Below, in pieces: positions 1 through 10,160 of a DNA stretch of 64,000 bases. The notes under the pieces were generated by a model. It worked only from the letters and a program-made list of their open reading frames with translations. It was not told the DNA's origin and ran no database searches. How positions within the stretch are numbered: the first letter of the stretch is position 1; each line of letters opens with the position of its first letter. The position numbers and the translations under genes were made by a program. This DNA is from Candidatus Kapaibacterium sp. (GTDB lineage: Bacteria; Bacteroidota; Ignavibacteria; Kapaibacteriales; UBA2268), in assembly GCA_963665665.1 (NCBI GenBank), contig OY762428.1, positions 1,536,001 to 1,600,000 on the forward strand, given 5' to 3'.

Positions 1-19
1 TTAACAAACTGGATTAAAA

Positions 20-718
20 TTGAGAAATCAGGACAGAAATATTATAATTCTCGGGCTAATAGTTTTAGCCACGATACTTCTATGGCAGGCGCCTTTCGGA
101 CGTTATGCATTATATCCTTTCATTATTCTCGGCACCTGGTTCCATGAAATGGGACACGGGCTGGCTGCAATGTTACTCGGTGGAAATTTTAAACAATTAG
201 AAATATATTCTAACGGATCCGGACTGGCCATTCATAGCGGATCGCTATTTCTCGGGCCGATCGGCAGCGCCATAGTAGCAGCTGCAGGGCCAATTGGGCC
301 AACACTTGCTGGCGCCGGCCTTGTTATAAGTTCCTCAAAAAAGAAAAACGCTAAAATAGCTTTAATTATCCTGTCAGTATTACTGATAGTTTCTCCAATT
401 ATCTGGATCAGGTCAATTTTCGGCTTTTTAATTATCCTTGTATTCGGTATAGCTTCAACCTTAATTGCCCTGAAAGGCAATGACCGGCTTATACAATTTA
501 CCGCACAGTTCCTGGGCGTCCAGGCATGGCTCAGTCTGTATCTAAGTATTGACTACTTGTTTTCTGCCGGGGCGGAGGTTGGCGGAAGCCGCTTCATGTC
601 TGATACTTCCGTTATTTCTGAAAATCTATTTCTTCCCTATTGGATATGGGCCGGGCTTATAGTAATTTTCTCGGCTTTTGTTATTTATCGCAGTATAAGC
701 TATGTTCGAAAGCATTAG
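20..718 (+). CDS. M50B-like membrane metallopeptidase
   Basis: Multi-TM protein with HEMGH zinc motif, AAGPIGP motif and downstream SD motif typical of Peptidase_M50B. Confidence 0.85.
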   Translation: MRNQDRNIIILGLIVLATILLWQAPFGRYALYPFIILGTWFHEMGHGLAAMLLGGNFKQLEIYSNGSGLAIHSGSLFLGPIGSAIVAAAGPIGPTLAGAGLVISSSKKKNAKIALIILSVLLIVSPIIWIRSIFGFLIILVFGIASTLIALKGNDRLIQFTAQFLGVQAWLSLYLSIDYLFSAGAEVGGSRFMSDTSVISENLFLPYWIWAGLIVIFSAFVIYRSISYVRKH

Positions 719-834
719 ATTATTCGAAAAGCAAATATCAAATGGTAAAACCGGCTTTCCAAAAGCAGTTTATTAATAGTTTTCTCTGATATTTTTTCTT
801 AATTTATAGGGATTTATTTTTTCAGGAAAGGGAT

Positions 835-2523
835 ATGGAAAACAGCAGGAAAACTCAATTAATTAATCTGGCATCTTTACTTGATTTCAGCGCCAGGCTG
901 AACGAAACTTACGACGAAACTTTTATTTTAAATGCAGCCTTACTCAGCCTGATGGGCAAATTGAAGATACTGCGTTCCTGCGTGTTGATCCCCTTCAAGA
1001 AAAATCATTTTAAAGTTATCCTGAACAAAGGCAAACTAAATCTTGATTTTCTTCGTGAGCAGAATCCGAACAAACCTGTTGTTCTGCACTCTATCCAGGA
1101 AGCTGAAAGAATTTTGAAACGTTCTGGCTACGTTTATTTTCTTCCAATAATACATCAGGATGAAACGCTGGCAGTTATCAGCCTTGGCTCGAAAGCCGGA
1201 AATGAAAGTGTAACGGAAGAAGAAGAACAATATTTGTCGCTGGTTTGCACTATTACTGCCAATGCTTTGCAAAATGCAAGAAACCACAGTTCGATGCTAA
1301 AGGAAAAGCAACGGGTGGAACAAAGGAACCAGCTTCTGAGCTCTCTTTTTGAAGTCGCAAGGGATTTTTCAACTCTTCTGTCGCGCGATCAGATACTTAA
1401 GATGCTGTCGCATACCCTGATGGGACAGCTTATGGCAAGCAGGTTCGCCGTTTTGCTTTTAAACGGGGCTAACGGGTATGATGTAATAATCAATCGTTTT
1501 CCGGTGGAACCCGATGAAGATATATTAAACCGACTGTATAATATTGATTCAGCAATAACTACTAAAAATCCAGACATGGACGAAGAATTACGTTTCCTGC
1601 TAAAAAAAATGAATGGCAGGATAGTTTCTCCGATGAAAGTTCAGGGCTCAGTTAAGGGATTCCTGATTGTTGGAAGAAAAATGAGCGGCGGGCCTTATGA
1701 CGAACAGGACCTGCAGTTCACGGAGTCACTTGGGAATACTGCTATTGCAGCCCTTGAGAATGAGAGGCTTTTTAAAGAGGAAGTAGAAAAGAAAAAACTG
1801 GAAGGCGAGCTTGAACTGGCGCTTGAAATACAGAAAAATCTATTGCCAAAATCTACTCCGGTAATAAAAAATTTCGATCTTGCAGGGGTTTCGATACCAT
1901 CACGCCACGTGGGTGGTGATTACTTTGATTTTATCGAACTTCCAAGCGGAAAAATTCTTATTGCTATCGGTGACGTTTCCGGTAAGGGAATGCCGGCTTC
2001 CCTCCTCATGGCGAACGTACAGGCTTCACTACGCTTGCTTGCGCCCCTGTCAATTACATTGGTAGAATTGATATTAAAAATTAACCTGTTAGTTTGGCAG
2101 AATACAAGCGCTGATAAATTTATTACATTCTTTTGTGCTATTCTCGATCCGGGAAAATCTGAAATCACTTATGTAAATGCCGGTCATAATCCACCCTATC
2201 TTATCAGGAAAGACGGACAAATTGATGAGCTTCGAAATGGCGGCCTGATAATCGGTTTTACTGACGAACCCTTTGAATATGAAACAGGAACAGTAACAAT
2301 GGATCCTGGAGATTATATATATATGTTTACTGACGGTGTTAACGAAACTCTTAACGAACAAAGAGAGGAATTTGGCAACGACCGGCTTCTGGAATCACTT
2401 ATGAAAGTAAAAAACGCTGACGCTATCACTATGATCAATAAAGTAATTGATGATGTAAAAGATTTTGCCGGCAACCTTGCCCAGTATGATGATATAACAA
2501 GCGTTGTTCTAAGAAGATTGTAA
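835..2523 (+). CDS. GAF-domain SpoIIE/RsbU-type PP2C serine phosphatase
   Basis: Two GAF-like regions, then ELELALEIQKNLLP, VGGDYFD, IGDVSGKG, NAGHNPP, FTDGV and DDIT motifs. Confidence 0.92.
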   Translation: MENSRKTQLINLASLLDFSARLNETYDETFILNAALLSLMGKLKILRSCVLIPFKKNHFKVILNKGKLNLDFLREQNPNKPVVLHSIQEAERILKRSGYVYFLPIIHQDETLAVISLGSKAGNESVTEEEEQYLSLVCTITANALQNARNHSSMLKEKQRVEQRNQLLSSLFEVARDFSTLLSRDQILKMLSHTLMGQLMASRFAVLLLNGANGYDVIINRFPVEPDEDILNRLYNIDSAITTKNPDMDEELRFLLKKMNGRIVSPMKVQGSVKGFLIVGRKMSGGPYDEQDLQFTESLGNTAIAALENERLFKEEVEKKKLEGELELALEIQKNLLPKSTPVIKNFDLAGVSIPSRHVGGDYFDFIELPSGKILIAIGDVSGKGMPASLLMANVQASLRLLAPLSITLVELILKINLLVWQNTSADKFITFFCAILDPGKSEITYVNAGHNPPYLIRKDGQIDELRNGGLIIGFTDEPFEYETGTVTMDPGDYIYMFTDGVNETLNEQREEFGNDRLLESLMKVKNADAITMINKVIDDVKDFAGNLAQYDDITSVVLRRL

Positions 2524-2694
2524 TTATAATTATACAACTGAACAATAATGTTGAACTGATAATTGAACAATAATAGTACACAATTGTTGTTGAAAAAACA
2601 GCCATAGTATTTTTCTATGTTTCCGTAGCTTCTCCCATATTTTCGGAATTGTCATTTTAAACAAATTTATTTTACATTCTCATAATATTATTTT

Positions 2695-3588
2695 TTATGC
2701 TTTCGGGTGTGCTTTCCTATATGCTTCTTTCAGGCGTTCCACAGATACATGTGTATATTTTTGGGTTGTCGACAGCGAAGAATGGCCAAGCATCTCACTT
2801 ACAGAACGAATATCAGCCCCGTTGTCAATCATGTGGGTGGCAAAAGTATGGCGCAGTACGTGAGGGCTCTTCTGCTGAGCTTCTGTAATACCCTTCATGC
2901 TACGGTTAATAATCCTGTATGCTGTGGCAGGATTTAGTTTTTTTCCTTTTCGCGATAGAAAGAGAATATCAATATTATCAGGATTTAATTCCTTTCTCCT
3001 GAGAAGATACTTTTTAAGTTTTTCGATAACAATCGATGTAACCGGAACTATTCTTTGCTTCCGCCCCTTACCGGTAACTTTTACAGTCTGGTCGGGAGCA
3101 TCAATATCATTTACATCCAGGTTAAGAGCTTCGCTTATTCTGAGTCCGGAACTATAAAGCAATTCAACGAGCAGAGAATTTCTTAATTCTTCCGGGCCGT
3201 CGCCTTCCATTTTTACAGTCAGGTTTACTGCTTCTTTTTCCAGCAGATAAGAAGGAAGCCTTTTTTCAACTTTAGGAACCGACAGCCCTCCGCCGGGGTT
3301 TTCATCAATGTATCCGTTTTTATAAAGGAAGCCGAAAAGGGATTTTACCGCAGATATTTTCTGGCGCAAAGATGACCTTTTCAGATTCAGGTCGTGCAGC
3401 CAGCCGGGAAAAAGTCGTAAATCCTCTGCTTCAATATCTCCAATATCAGGATTAGCTTCATATTCCGACCTGAAGAATTCAAAGAATTGCCCGAGGGCCT
3501 TACGGTATGAACCAACGGTGTATGCAGAGAAGTTTTTTTCAAGCTCGCAGTATTTCAGAAATTTATCTATTGCAATATCTAATTTCAT
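2695..3588 (-). CDS. xerC: Tyrosine recombinase XerC
   Basis: LYSSGLRISE, GKGRKQR, HVLRHTFATH, LGHSSLSTTQKYTH and C-terminal AHPKA. Confidence 0.85.
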   Translation of the reverse strand: MKLDIAIDKFLKYCELEKNFSAYTVGSYRKALGQFFEFFRSEYEANPDIGDIEAEDLRLFPGWLHDLNLKRSSLRQKISAVKSLFGFLYKNGYIDENPGGGLSVPKVEKRLPSYLLEKEAVNLTVKMEGDGPEELRNSLLVELLYSSGLRISEALNLDVNDIDAPDQTVKVTGKGRKQRIVPVTSIVIEKLKKYLLRRKELNPDNIDILFLSRKGKKLNPATAYRIINRSMKGITEAQQKSPHVLRHTFATHMIDNGADIRSVSEMLGHSSLSTTQKYTHVSVERLKEAYRKAHPKA

Positions 3589-3737
3589 ATCTCACCTTTG
3601 TTATTAATCAATGAAGATATGCAAATTTCAAGCCAGAGATTTACTTTCATCGGTTCCCGGTATTTAACTCCAATTTTTTGATTCCAATTCTTTTGAACTG
3701 CATTTTCAGTAATCAGACTTGCAAAAACCAAGAGCAT
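3585..3737 (-). CDS. Possible 50-aa small protein translationally coupled to xerC
   Basis: ATG at 3737 with AGGAG just upstream; 51 open codons; TGA overlaps the xerC ATG (ATGA). Confidence 0.3.
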   Translation of the reverse strand: MLLVFASLITENAVQKNWNQKIGVKYREPMKVNLWLEICISSLINNKGEI

Positions 3738-3851
3738 TCTGCTCCTGATATGCAACATTCACTTTTGTTAATCGTATAATGATTTTTTGGCTTTTTCACT
3801 TCGGAATATTTGTTATATTTACCGAATTCTTGTTATAGGAACGATCGAATT

Positions 3852-4757
3852 ATGATAGCAGATAAGAAAAAAACCGGATATATTATAGCAGTGTGTTCTA
3901 TACTCCTGAATCTGATTCTATTTGGCATTAAGTATTATGCAGGTAAAAAATCAGGATCAATAGCTGTTATAGCAGATGCGTGGCATTCCCTTTCTGATAC
4001 GTTAACATCAATTATTGTAATTCTCGGGCTTTGGATAGCATCACGCCCACCGGATCAGGAACATCCATACGGGCATGGCAGGGCAGAATCTATCGCCTCG
4101 ATCATTGTTGCCACGCTGCTTGGCATGGTTGGTTTTGAATTTATTTTTGAATCGATTTCACGAATAGCCGATGGAGTTAAAGTTGAATATGATTCAACAG
4201 TGCTGATAGCTCTTATTATATCAGTTGTATCCAAAGAAATTATTGCACAGGTATCCATCAGGTACGGCAAAAGGATGAAATCGGAATCGCTTGTAGCTGA
4301 CGGCTGGCATCACAGGACGGATTCGATATCATCAGGTTTAATAATTATCGGTGTAATTTTTAATTATTTCTGGTGGTTCGATTCTGTAATGGGTATCGGG
4401 GTTGCTTTGATGATACTCTGGGCTACTTATAATATTATGAAAGGATCGATAAGTACACTTCTTGGCGAAAAACCCAATCCTGAAACAATTAACAAAGTCG
4501 AAAGTATTATTCGTGATGTTGATAGCAGGATAAGTGATATTCATAATTTTAAAATGCACAGTTACGGCACAAGAAAAGAAATGTCGCTGGATTTCAGGCT
4601 TCCGGCTTCAATGAGTGTTGACCAGGCTCATGATATTGCAACAGATGTTGGAATTGCTGTATTGGAAAAAACCGGAATAAGAACTACGATTCATACCGAA
4701 CCTGAACATGAAAAAGAAAATTCCGACGAAATGACTGACCCGGTTGAAAAAGAATGA
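3852..4757 (+). CDS. Cation diffusion facilitator family transporter
   Basis: ADAWHSLSD, HPYGHGRAE, HHRTD motifs and C-terminal dimerisation domain ending IHTEP; ATG 3852 preferred over TTG 3810. Confidence 0.92.
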   Translation: MIADKKKTGYIIAVCSILLNLILFGIKYYAGKKSGSIAVIADAWHSLSDTLTSIIVILGLWIASRPPDQEHPYGHGRAESIASIIVATLLGMVGFEFIFESISRIADGVKVEYDSTVLIALIISVVSKEIIAQVSIRYGKRMKSESLVADGWHHRTDSISSGLIIIGVIFNYFWWFDSVMGIGVALMILWATYNIMKGSISTLLGEKPNPETINKVESIIRDVDSRISDIHNFKMHSYGTRKEMSLDFRLPASMSVDQAHDIATDVGIAVLEKTGIRTTIHTEPEHEKENSDEMTDPVEKE

Positions 4758-5257
4758 GCAATAAAATGAAAAATGATTCCAACAGGGAAACCAACCCGAA
4801 GCTTATATCAGGTATAGCACTGATTCTTTTCCAATATATTTTTATTACAATTTTAAAATTTGACCCACCTGTCAGAAATCTAAAATATGTTGGTTTCATC
4901 CTATGGCTTGCAGGCCTTATTCTCTGGTCTTTGTCGGCATTAACTTTATATAAGTATAAAATCACGGCAAAAGCAGACTATATGAATACTTTTAAACTTG
5001 TTAGAAGTGGAATATATTCAATTATAAGGCATCCTCAGTACCTGGGTTTTATTCTTTTTTCAGCAGGCTTCATATTCATCACTCAGAACTTATATATTAT
5101 TATTGTTTCAATTTCCGCATGTGTAATATTGTATTTAGGTATAAAGGCGGAAGACAAACAACTTCTTCAGAAATATTCCAATGATTATCGTGAATATATC
5201 AGAACAACCCCGGCTATAAATTTTTTTGCAGGATTGATTAATAAATTATTTTTTTAA
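4754..5257 (+). CDS. Isoprenylcysteine carboxyl methyltransferase/PEMT family membrane protein
   Basis: LVRSGIYSIIRHPQY and AED..L...Y...Y..Y....P motifs. Confidence 0.85.
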   Translation: MSNKMKNDSNRETNPKLISGIALILFQYIFITILKFDPPVRNLKYVGFILWLAGLILWSLSALTLYKYKITAKADYMNTFKLVRSGIYSIIRHPQYLGFILFSAGFIFITQNLYIIIVSISACVILYLGIKAEDKQLLQKYSNDYREYIRTTPAINFFAGLINKLFF

Positions 5258-5358
5258 TCCCATAAAACATATCGAAATATTTTATTTCAATTTTGTTTGA
5301 TTATTTGGCACAATTTATGTTTATTGGTTATCTAAAGTATTTTGAATTAAAATAATTA

Positions 5359-6435
5359 GTGACAGCTATGGAAAAGGATAAAATTAAATATTTCGGAATA
5401 ATAAAAAGCCCGGCTGCTTTATTGGTACTGATAGCTCTGATAATTTCTGCCTGTGATAGCGACAGTCCTTTTACTTCTCTTCCCGGTGAAGATATACAGC
5501 TATCGACCGGTAAAACTTATATTGGCGATACAATTACCGTATTTGGTACAGGATTCGGAAAAAGAATTGATGAAAGCGGTATTTGCATGGAAGGTGACCT
5601 GTTTGTCTCATCTTATGATTGTATTCGCTGGGGTGAGCAGAAAATCGTATTTGAAATTCCTATAGCAGCCTGCTCCGGAACCGTATCTGTTTGCGTGGCA
5701 AACGACACTCTGAAACCTGTTAACATAGAAGTTGAAAAGCTGCCGCCTTTCCAGATGGTAAAGATCAATCCCGGAACATTCTTCATGGGGTCCAACACAG
5801 GATTCGACGAGGAAATGCCTTTGCGCGAGGTTGCAATCAGTAAACCGTTCTACATATCAAAATATGAAGTAAATATCCTGCTGTATAAAGCAGTAACCGG
5901 AATTGGCGATAGTTACAGGAAAGACCTTCCTTTAAGCAATGTTAGCTGGGAAGATGCAATACTTTTCTGCAATGAAATTTCTAAAATAACAGGCTTCGAC
6001 ACCTGTTACAGCTTTGATGGAGAACAATACTCGTGGAATAAGGACGCTAACGGATACAGGCTGCCAACCGAAGCTGAATGGGAATATGCTGCCCGGGCCG
6101 GAAGCCGGAATGACTTTTATTCCTATATTGATAATGCCGCATGGTATAATGAAAATTCCGGATATAAAGTACATCCCGGCGGACTAAAATCCGCTAATGA
6201 ATTCGGACTGTTTGATATGATGGGAAATGTCAGAGAATGGTGTTGGGATTATTTTGCCGAAGATTATACCAATGCTTACGATACTGACCCTTCAGGCCCA
6301 CTTACTGGCGAAAGGCGCGTACAACGCGGAGGCTGCTATGCCGATGGTAGAACCTGGTGCAGGCTGTCCAATCGCGTATTTCCTGACTATAGCGAGAAAT
6401 TTTGCGGTATCCGGCTGGTAAGAAATGCAAACTAA
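5359..6435 (+). CDS. Lipoprotein with IPT/TIG-like domain and FGE-sulfatase (SUMF1) domain
   Basis: LIISAC lipobox; F.MGS, YRLPTEAEWEYAAR, NEFGLFDMMGNVREWC, RVQRGG and G.RLVR motifs. Confidence 0.88.
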   Translation: MTAMEKDKIKYFGIIKSPAALLVLIALIISACDSDSPFTSLPGEDIQLSTGKTYIGDTITVFGTGFGKRIDESGICMEGDLFVSSYDCIRWGEQKIVFEIPIAACSGTVSVCVANDTLKPVNIEVEKLPPFQMVKINPGTFFMGSNTGFDEEMPLREVAISKPFYISKYEVNILLYKAVTGIGDSYRKDLPLSNVSWEDAILFCNEISKITGFDTCYSFDGEQYSWNKDANGYRLPTEAEWEYAARAGSRNDFYSYIDNAAWYNENSGYKVHPGGLKSANEFGLFDMMGNVREWCWDYFAEDYTNAYDTDPSGPLTGERRVQRGGCYADGRTWCRLSNRVFPDYSEKFCGIRLVRNAN

Positions 6436-6592
6436 GCTTTAAATATATGGTTTAAATTACTAATTGTTAACTTCGCAAAAACTTTTGCCAGGTAACTTAT
6501 ATTTTCATCCGGCTATGCATGGCAAAGCTGGATGAATTAATTCAACAGCATACACTATCAACAAATCAAAAACGCTGGACGAACTGGAAAGT

Positions 6593-7543
6593 TCAGTCGC
6601 TTCCTGCGGCCTTTTCCACCCTTTTCCCCATCCACTCGGAAAAAAGCCCCATGCCTGACAGCAAAAGTGGCAGCGGTATCAGTGAATACATCAGCAGCCG
6701 TGTATATACATCAAAGTTTTTCCAACCTCCGAAAAAGAAGAATAAGCCTACACCGACAATTACCAGGAATATACCCATAAGCAGCGGGAATTTCTTTGAC
6801 AGGAATACTAACGATACAATAATCAGGAATGGTATTATCTCGATTAAAGCGCTAAGAGACAAACCGTGCGATAAGATCACAAACAGGAACCAGAAAACAC
6901 AAATACCATAAAGAAAAATTCTGGCAGCTCCGCCCGGACCGAAGTTTCCTTTCAGGCTTGCAGCGGTTTTGGCAATCAGCGGCACAATCATCAGGAGCAT
7001 CCATATTTCCCCTACATGCCCCGTCTTGTAAAACACAATATAAACCGATGCAATGGAAAGGAATGAATAGAATGCGATATGGCTGGAGAGGTCGCCGATA
7101 TGCTTTTGTCTTTCGTCTACCATTTTCGAAGGTATAAGCCCCCGAAAAAATACCAGCAGCCAGTTTCGGGCACTTCCAACAGAGCCATAGCCGAGTGCTA
7201 TTGATGTTAATGTTTTTGCAATAAGCGGCGCCAGAAGAAGAACAAAATAAATTATTTCGGGCGGGTTGCCGTTTTTGTTCCATTCCCGGAAGATTACGAA
7301 AGCTGTAAGCAGGGTATAAACCCAATAAGCTGCATGACTCGAAGAGCGGCTTATCTGAAGCTGCCTTTCATCTCTTCTGCCAAATTCACTAAACTCAAAT
7401 ATTATACCCGTGGCAAGCAACGCAAAAACCAGTATTACTTTAGGTAATAATGGAAGATACATACCGGATAATACAAATCCGCTGATGCCAATAAACCAGA
7501 ACAGCTTAATAATACTTTGCCATTTATTAAAAAGATTTTTCAT
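6593..7543 (-). CDS. Membrane protein with two DERQ repeats (DUF2178-like)
   Basis: Hydrophobic multi-TM; two similar segments DERQ...SSH.A...PLIAKT; overlaps the stop of the upstream XRE gene. Confidence 0.75.
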   Translation of the reverse strand: MKNLFNKWQSIIKLFWFIGISGFVLSGMYLPLLPKVILVFALLATGIIFEFSEFGRRDERQLQISRSSSHAAYWVYTLLTAFVIFREWNKNGNPPEIIYFVLLLAPLIAKTLTSIALGYGSVGSARNWLLVFFRGLIPSKMVDERQKHIGDLSSHIAFYSFLSIASVYIVFYKTGHVGEIWMLLMIVPLIAKTAASLKGNFGPGGAARIFLYGICVFWFLFVILSHGLSLSALIEIIPFLIIVSLVFLSKKFPLLMGIFLVIVGVGLFFFFGGWKNFDVYTRLLMYSLIPLPLLLSGMGLFSEWMGKRVEKAAGSD

Positions 7544-7746
7544 TTCTCGTCTTCCTCAAGTTCAAATAATTCTTCAACTTTCACTTCGAATAGAGCTGCA
7601 AGCCTTAATGCCAGTTTTACCGAGGGATTGAAACTTCCCTTTTCAATTGCAATAATTGTTTGTCTGCTAACCCCTATCATTTCTGCAAGTTTCGCCTGGG
7701 TTATTTCACCCTTCATGAACCTGTAATATTTTATCTTGTTTTTCAT
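7540..7746 (-). CDS. XRE-family helix-turn-helix transcriptional regulator
   Basis: TQAKLAEMIGVSRQTIIAIEKGSFNPSVKLA...VEELF, a classic 68-aa HTH_3. Confidence 0.93.
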   Translation of the reverse strand: MKNKIKYYRFMKGEITQAKLAEMIGVSRQTIIAIEKGSFNPSVKLALRLAALFEVKVEELFELEEDEK

Positions 7747-7752
7747 GGAACA

Positions 7753-7795
7753 AATGTAATATATAATATTCTAAATGTCAAGTATTATTTACATT
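7753..7795. promoter_or_regulatory. Probable autoregulatory operator of the XRE operon
   Basis: AATGTAA...TTACATT inverted repeat containing ATGTCAA-N6-TTTACAT immediately upstream of the XRE start. Confidence 0.45.
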
Positions 7796-7885
7796 ATGTA
7801 TGATATTATATACAATTTATTACAATATGCTTGACTGGAGAACTTTGATTGTTGAAAAATCCGGCAGATCAGTATCTAAAACACA

Positions 7886-7914
7886 AAACCCCTCGCCGGT
7901 TTGGCAAGGGGTTT
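7886..7914 (-). terminator. Intrinsic terminator after pepF
   Basis: AAACCCCTCGCC-GGTTT-GGCAAGGGGTTT hairpin 30 bp past the stop. Confidence 0.7.
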
Positions 7915-7943
7915 ACACTTAAGATAATATTATATCTTATAAA

Positions 7944-9851
7944 TTATTTTTCTGCAATAAGTTTTTCCAATTCGTCAAGAAGCCTGTTAGCTTTTGCAAT
8001 AACGGCAAGAATTGGCTCTTTCGTTCTCATGTCAACTCCTGCTTCCATCAATGTCGGTATAGCATATTTTGAGTTTCCGGATTTCAGGAAGTTTAAATAT
8101 TTATCAACTGCCGGCTGGCCTTCATTCAGTATCTTTGCTGCTATAGCTTCGGCAGCACAAAGGCTTGTGGCATATTGATAAACATAGAAATCATAATAGA
8201 AATGATGAATGCGCGGCCAGGAATTTCTTTCTTCCTCGTCCACAAACATATCATCACCCCAGTATTTCTGGTACATGTTGCCGAATGTTTCAGCAAGTTT
8301 ATCAGGAGTAACAGCATTTCCTTTTTCAAGTTCTGACTGAACAACCATTTCAAACTCAGCAAATCTTGTCTGCCTGTAGAATGTACCCTTGATATTGTTC
8401 AATGCAGTTTCAATCAAAGCCATTTTTTCTTCTTTTGTTTCAGCATGGTCAATCAGGTAGTTCAGCAAAAGAACTTCATTAGTGATTGAAGCAACTTCGG
8501 CAACAAATATCGGGTAGTCAGAGTAAGGGAAATTCTGAGTTTTCTGAGTATAGAAAGAATGCATGTTGTGGCCCATTTCGTGTGCCAGTGTAAATACATC
8601 ATTCAGAGTGTAGCCCCAGTTCATCAGAACATAAGGGTGTGCTCCCTTTACAGGGCCTGTTGAATAAGCGCCGCTGCGCTTGCCGTCTGTTTCATAAAAG
8701 TCAACCCACCTGTTGTCGAAGGCAAATTTCAGTTTTGTGATATAATCTTCGCCAAGCGGTTTAAGTGCTTTCAGGCAAAGGTCCATGGCTTCTTCCGGGG
8801 TGTATTTCTTCTCTGTTGAAGGGAATAAAGTTACATAAGTATCATATGGATGAAGCTCTTCAACTTTCAATACTTTCTTTTTCAATTTACCCCAGCGGTG
8901 GAGCGGTTCCAGGTTTTCATTTACAGTATTGACCAGGTTGTGATAAACTTCAACCGGAATGTTATTTTTATCAAGCGCTGCTTCAAGTGTATTTTCGTAT
9001 CCTCTTGATTTAGCCCTGAAAATTTTTGCCTGTATAGAGCCAACATAATTTGATGTAAGGAAATTAATATTATTCATAAAAGGAATATAAATAGCCTGAT
9101 AGGCTCTTTCCCTGAATTCCCTGTTTGTTGAGTACATGGCCGAGTAATAACGTGCATGTGACATCTTTACGTTCTCGCCGTTTTCGTCTTCCACTGATGG
9201 AAATTGAATATCGGCATTAGCCCAAAGGCTGTATGTTTTCATAAAAGCGCTTTCAACAGGGCCTGCATAAGACATTATCTTCTCTTCAGGTTTTGGAAGA
9301 GTATGCTCTTTGAAGCGAAGCATATTGTCGAAATAATGTGTGAAAGCCTGAAGCTTCGGATCAGCAAGATAACCTTTGAGTTTTGCTTTGGGTATGGCAA
9401 GAAGTTCCGGCCTGACAAATGAAATATTGCTTGCCATCTGGTTGTAGAGGTTCATAATCCTGTCGTACTGAGCCTGGTTTTTATTATCTTTCTGGTTCAG
9501 GTCTTTTGCAAGGGAAGCATAAACGCGAAGGCGCTCGAACCGTTCTGAAAAATCTTTTTCCATTTCAAAATATTTCGCAAGCATATCAGCTGACTGGCCG
9601 AGTTTTCCTTCGAAATCTTTGAACTTATCTTTTGAAGCGTCAAGCGCTTTATATTCTTTCTCCCAGTCGGCCGGTGTTTTAAAAAGGTCTTCAAGATTCC
9701 ATACATATTTTGCTTCAATCTCGCTCCTTTTCATTAAACCGCCGTCATCACCTTTGTTTTTGGTCTTGGAGGCTTCAGTATCGTTAGCTGAAAACATGAA
9801 AAAACTCAGAGCCAAAACCACACCCGTAAATTTGTTTAAAAATTGTCTCAT
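7944..9851 (-). CDS. pepF: Oligoendopeptidase F (M3B) with N-terminal signal peptide
   Basis: W.LEDLF, GKRSGAYS, HEMGHNMH, VAEVAS, HFYYDFYVYQYA motifs; ATG 9851 preferred. Confidence 0.93.
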   Translation of the reverse strand: MRQFLNKFTGVVLALSFFMFSANDTEASKTKNKGDDGGLMKRSEIEAKYVWNLEDLFKTPADWEKEYKALDASKDKFKDFEGKLGQSADMLAKYFEMEKDFSERFERLRVYASLAKDLNQKDNKNQAQYDRIMNLYNQMASNISFVRPELLAIPKAKLKGYLADPKLQAFTHYFDNMLRFKEHTLPKPEEKIMSYAGPVESAFMKTYSLWANADIQFPSVEDENGENVKMSHARYYSAMYSTNREFRERAYQAIYIPFMNNINFLTSNYVGSIQAKIFRAKSRGYENTLEAALDKNNIPVEVYHNLVNTVNENLEPLHRWGKLKKKVLKVEELHPYDTYVTLFPSTEKKYTPEEAMDLCLKALKPLGEDYITKLKFAFDNRWVDFYETDGKRSGAYSTGPVKGAHPYVLMNWGYTLNDVFTLAHEMGHNMHSFYTQKTQNFPYSDYPIFVAEVASITNEVLLLNYLIDHAETKEEKMALIETALNNIKGTFYRQTRFAEFEMVVQSELEKGNAVTPDKLAETFGNMYQKYWGDDMFVDEEERNSWPRIHHFYYDFYVYQYATSLCAAEAIAAKILNEGQPAVDKYLNFLKSGNSKYAIPTLMEAGVDMRTKEPILAVIAKANRLLDELEKLIAEK

Positions 9852-10160
9852 AATCCAAACCAATTCCTGTATTATTTAAAATAAACATAACATAGTTAAT
9901 ACTCTGCAAGATAATAAAATGTTGCAAATAATTTATAAGGATGAAAAAATTAGTTGTATCATATATATCTTTAATTAAATAAATACATATCAAATATAGA
10001 AATAAATATTGTAACTAATTCTTATGCCAACTAAGGAATTAAATGACAGTTAAATTTGTATAATTATTACCTGTAAAATCTGATAATAATTATTAATATT
10101 CTTCAATTTTCCTTATTTTATATATAGGGAATATTATTAATAATATTAATATGTGGGGCT

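Noticed and set aside
2524-2694. TGAACAATAAT duplicated downstream of xerC; possible dif site
   Set aside because: Short AT-rich repeat that does not match the dif consensus; likely chance or slippage
2695-3588. Phage or island integrase
   Set aside because: Size, motifs and AHPKA ending match chromosomal XerC/D; no att site, tRNA or phage genes adjacent
5750-6435. FGE-sulfatase domain as a DGR target
   Set aside because: No second copy of its 3' end (template repeat) and no reverse transcriptase seen in the window
9864-10160. Purine riboswitch upstream of the NCS2 permease
   Set aside because: Extremely AT-rich, with no recognisable aptamer core
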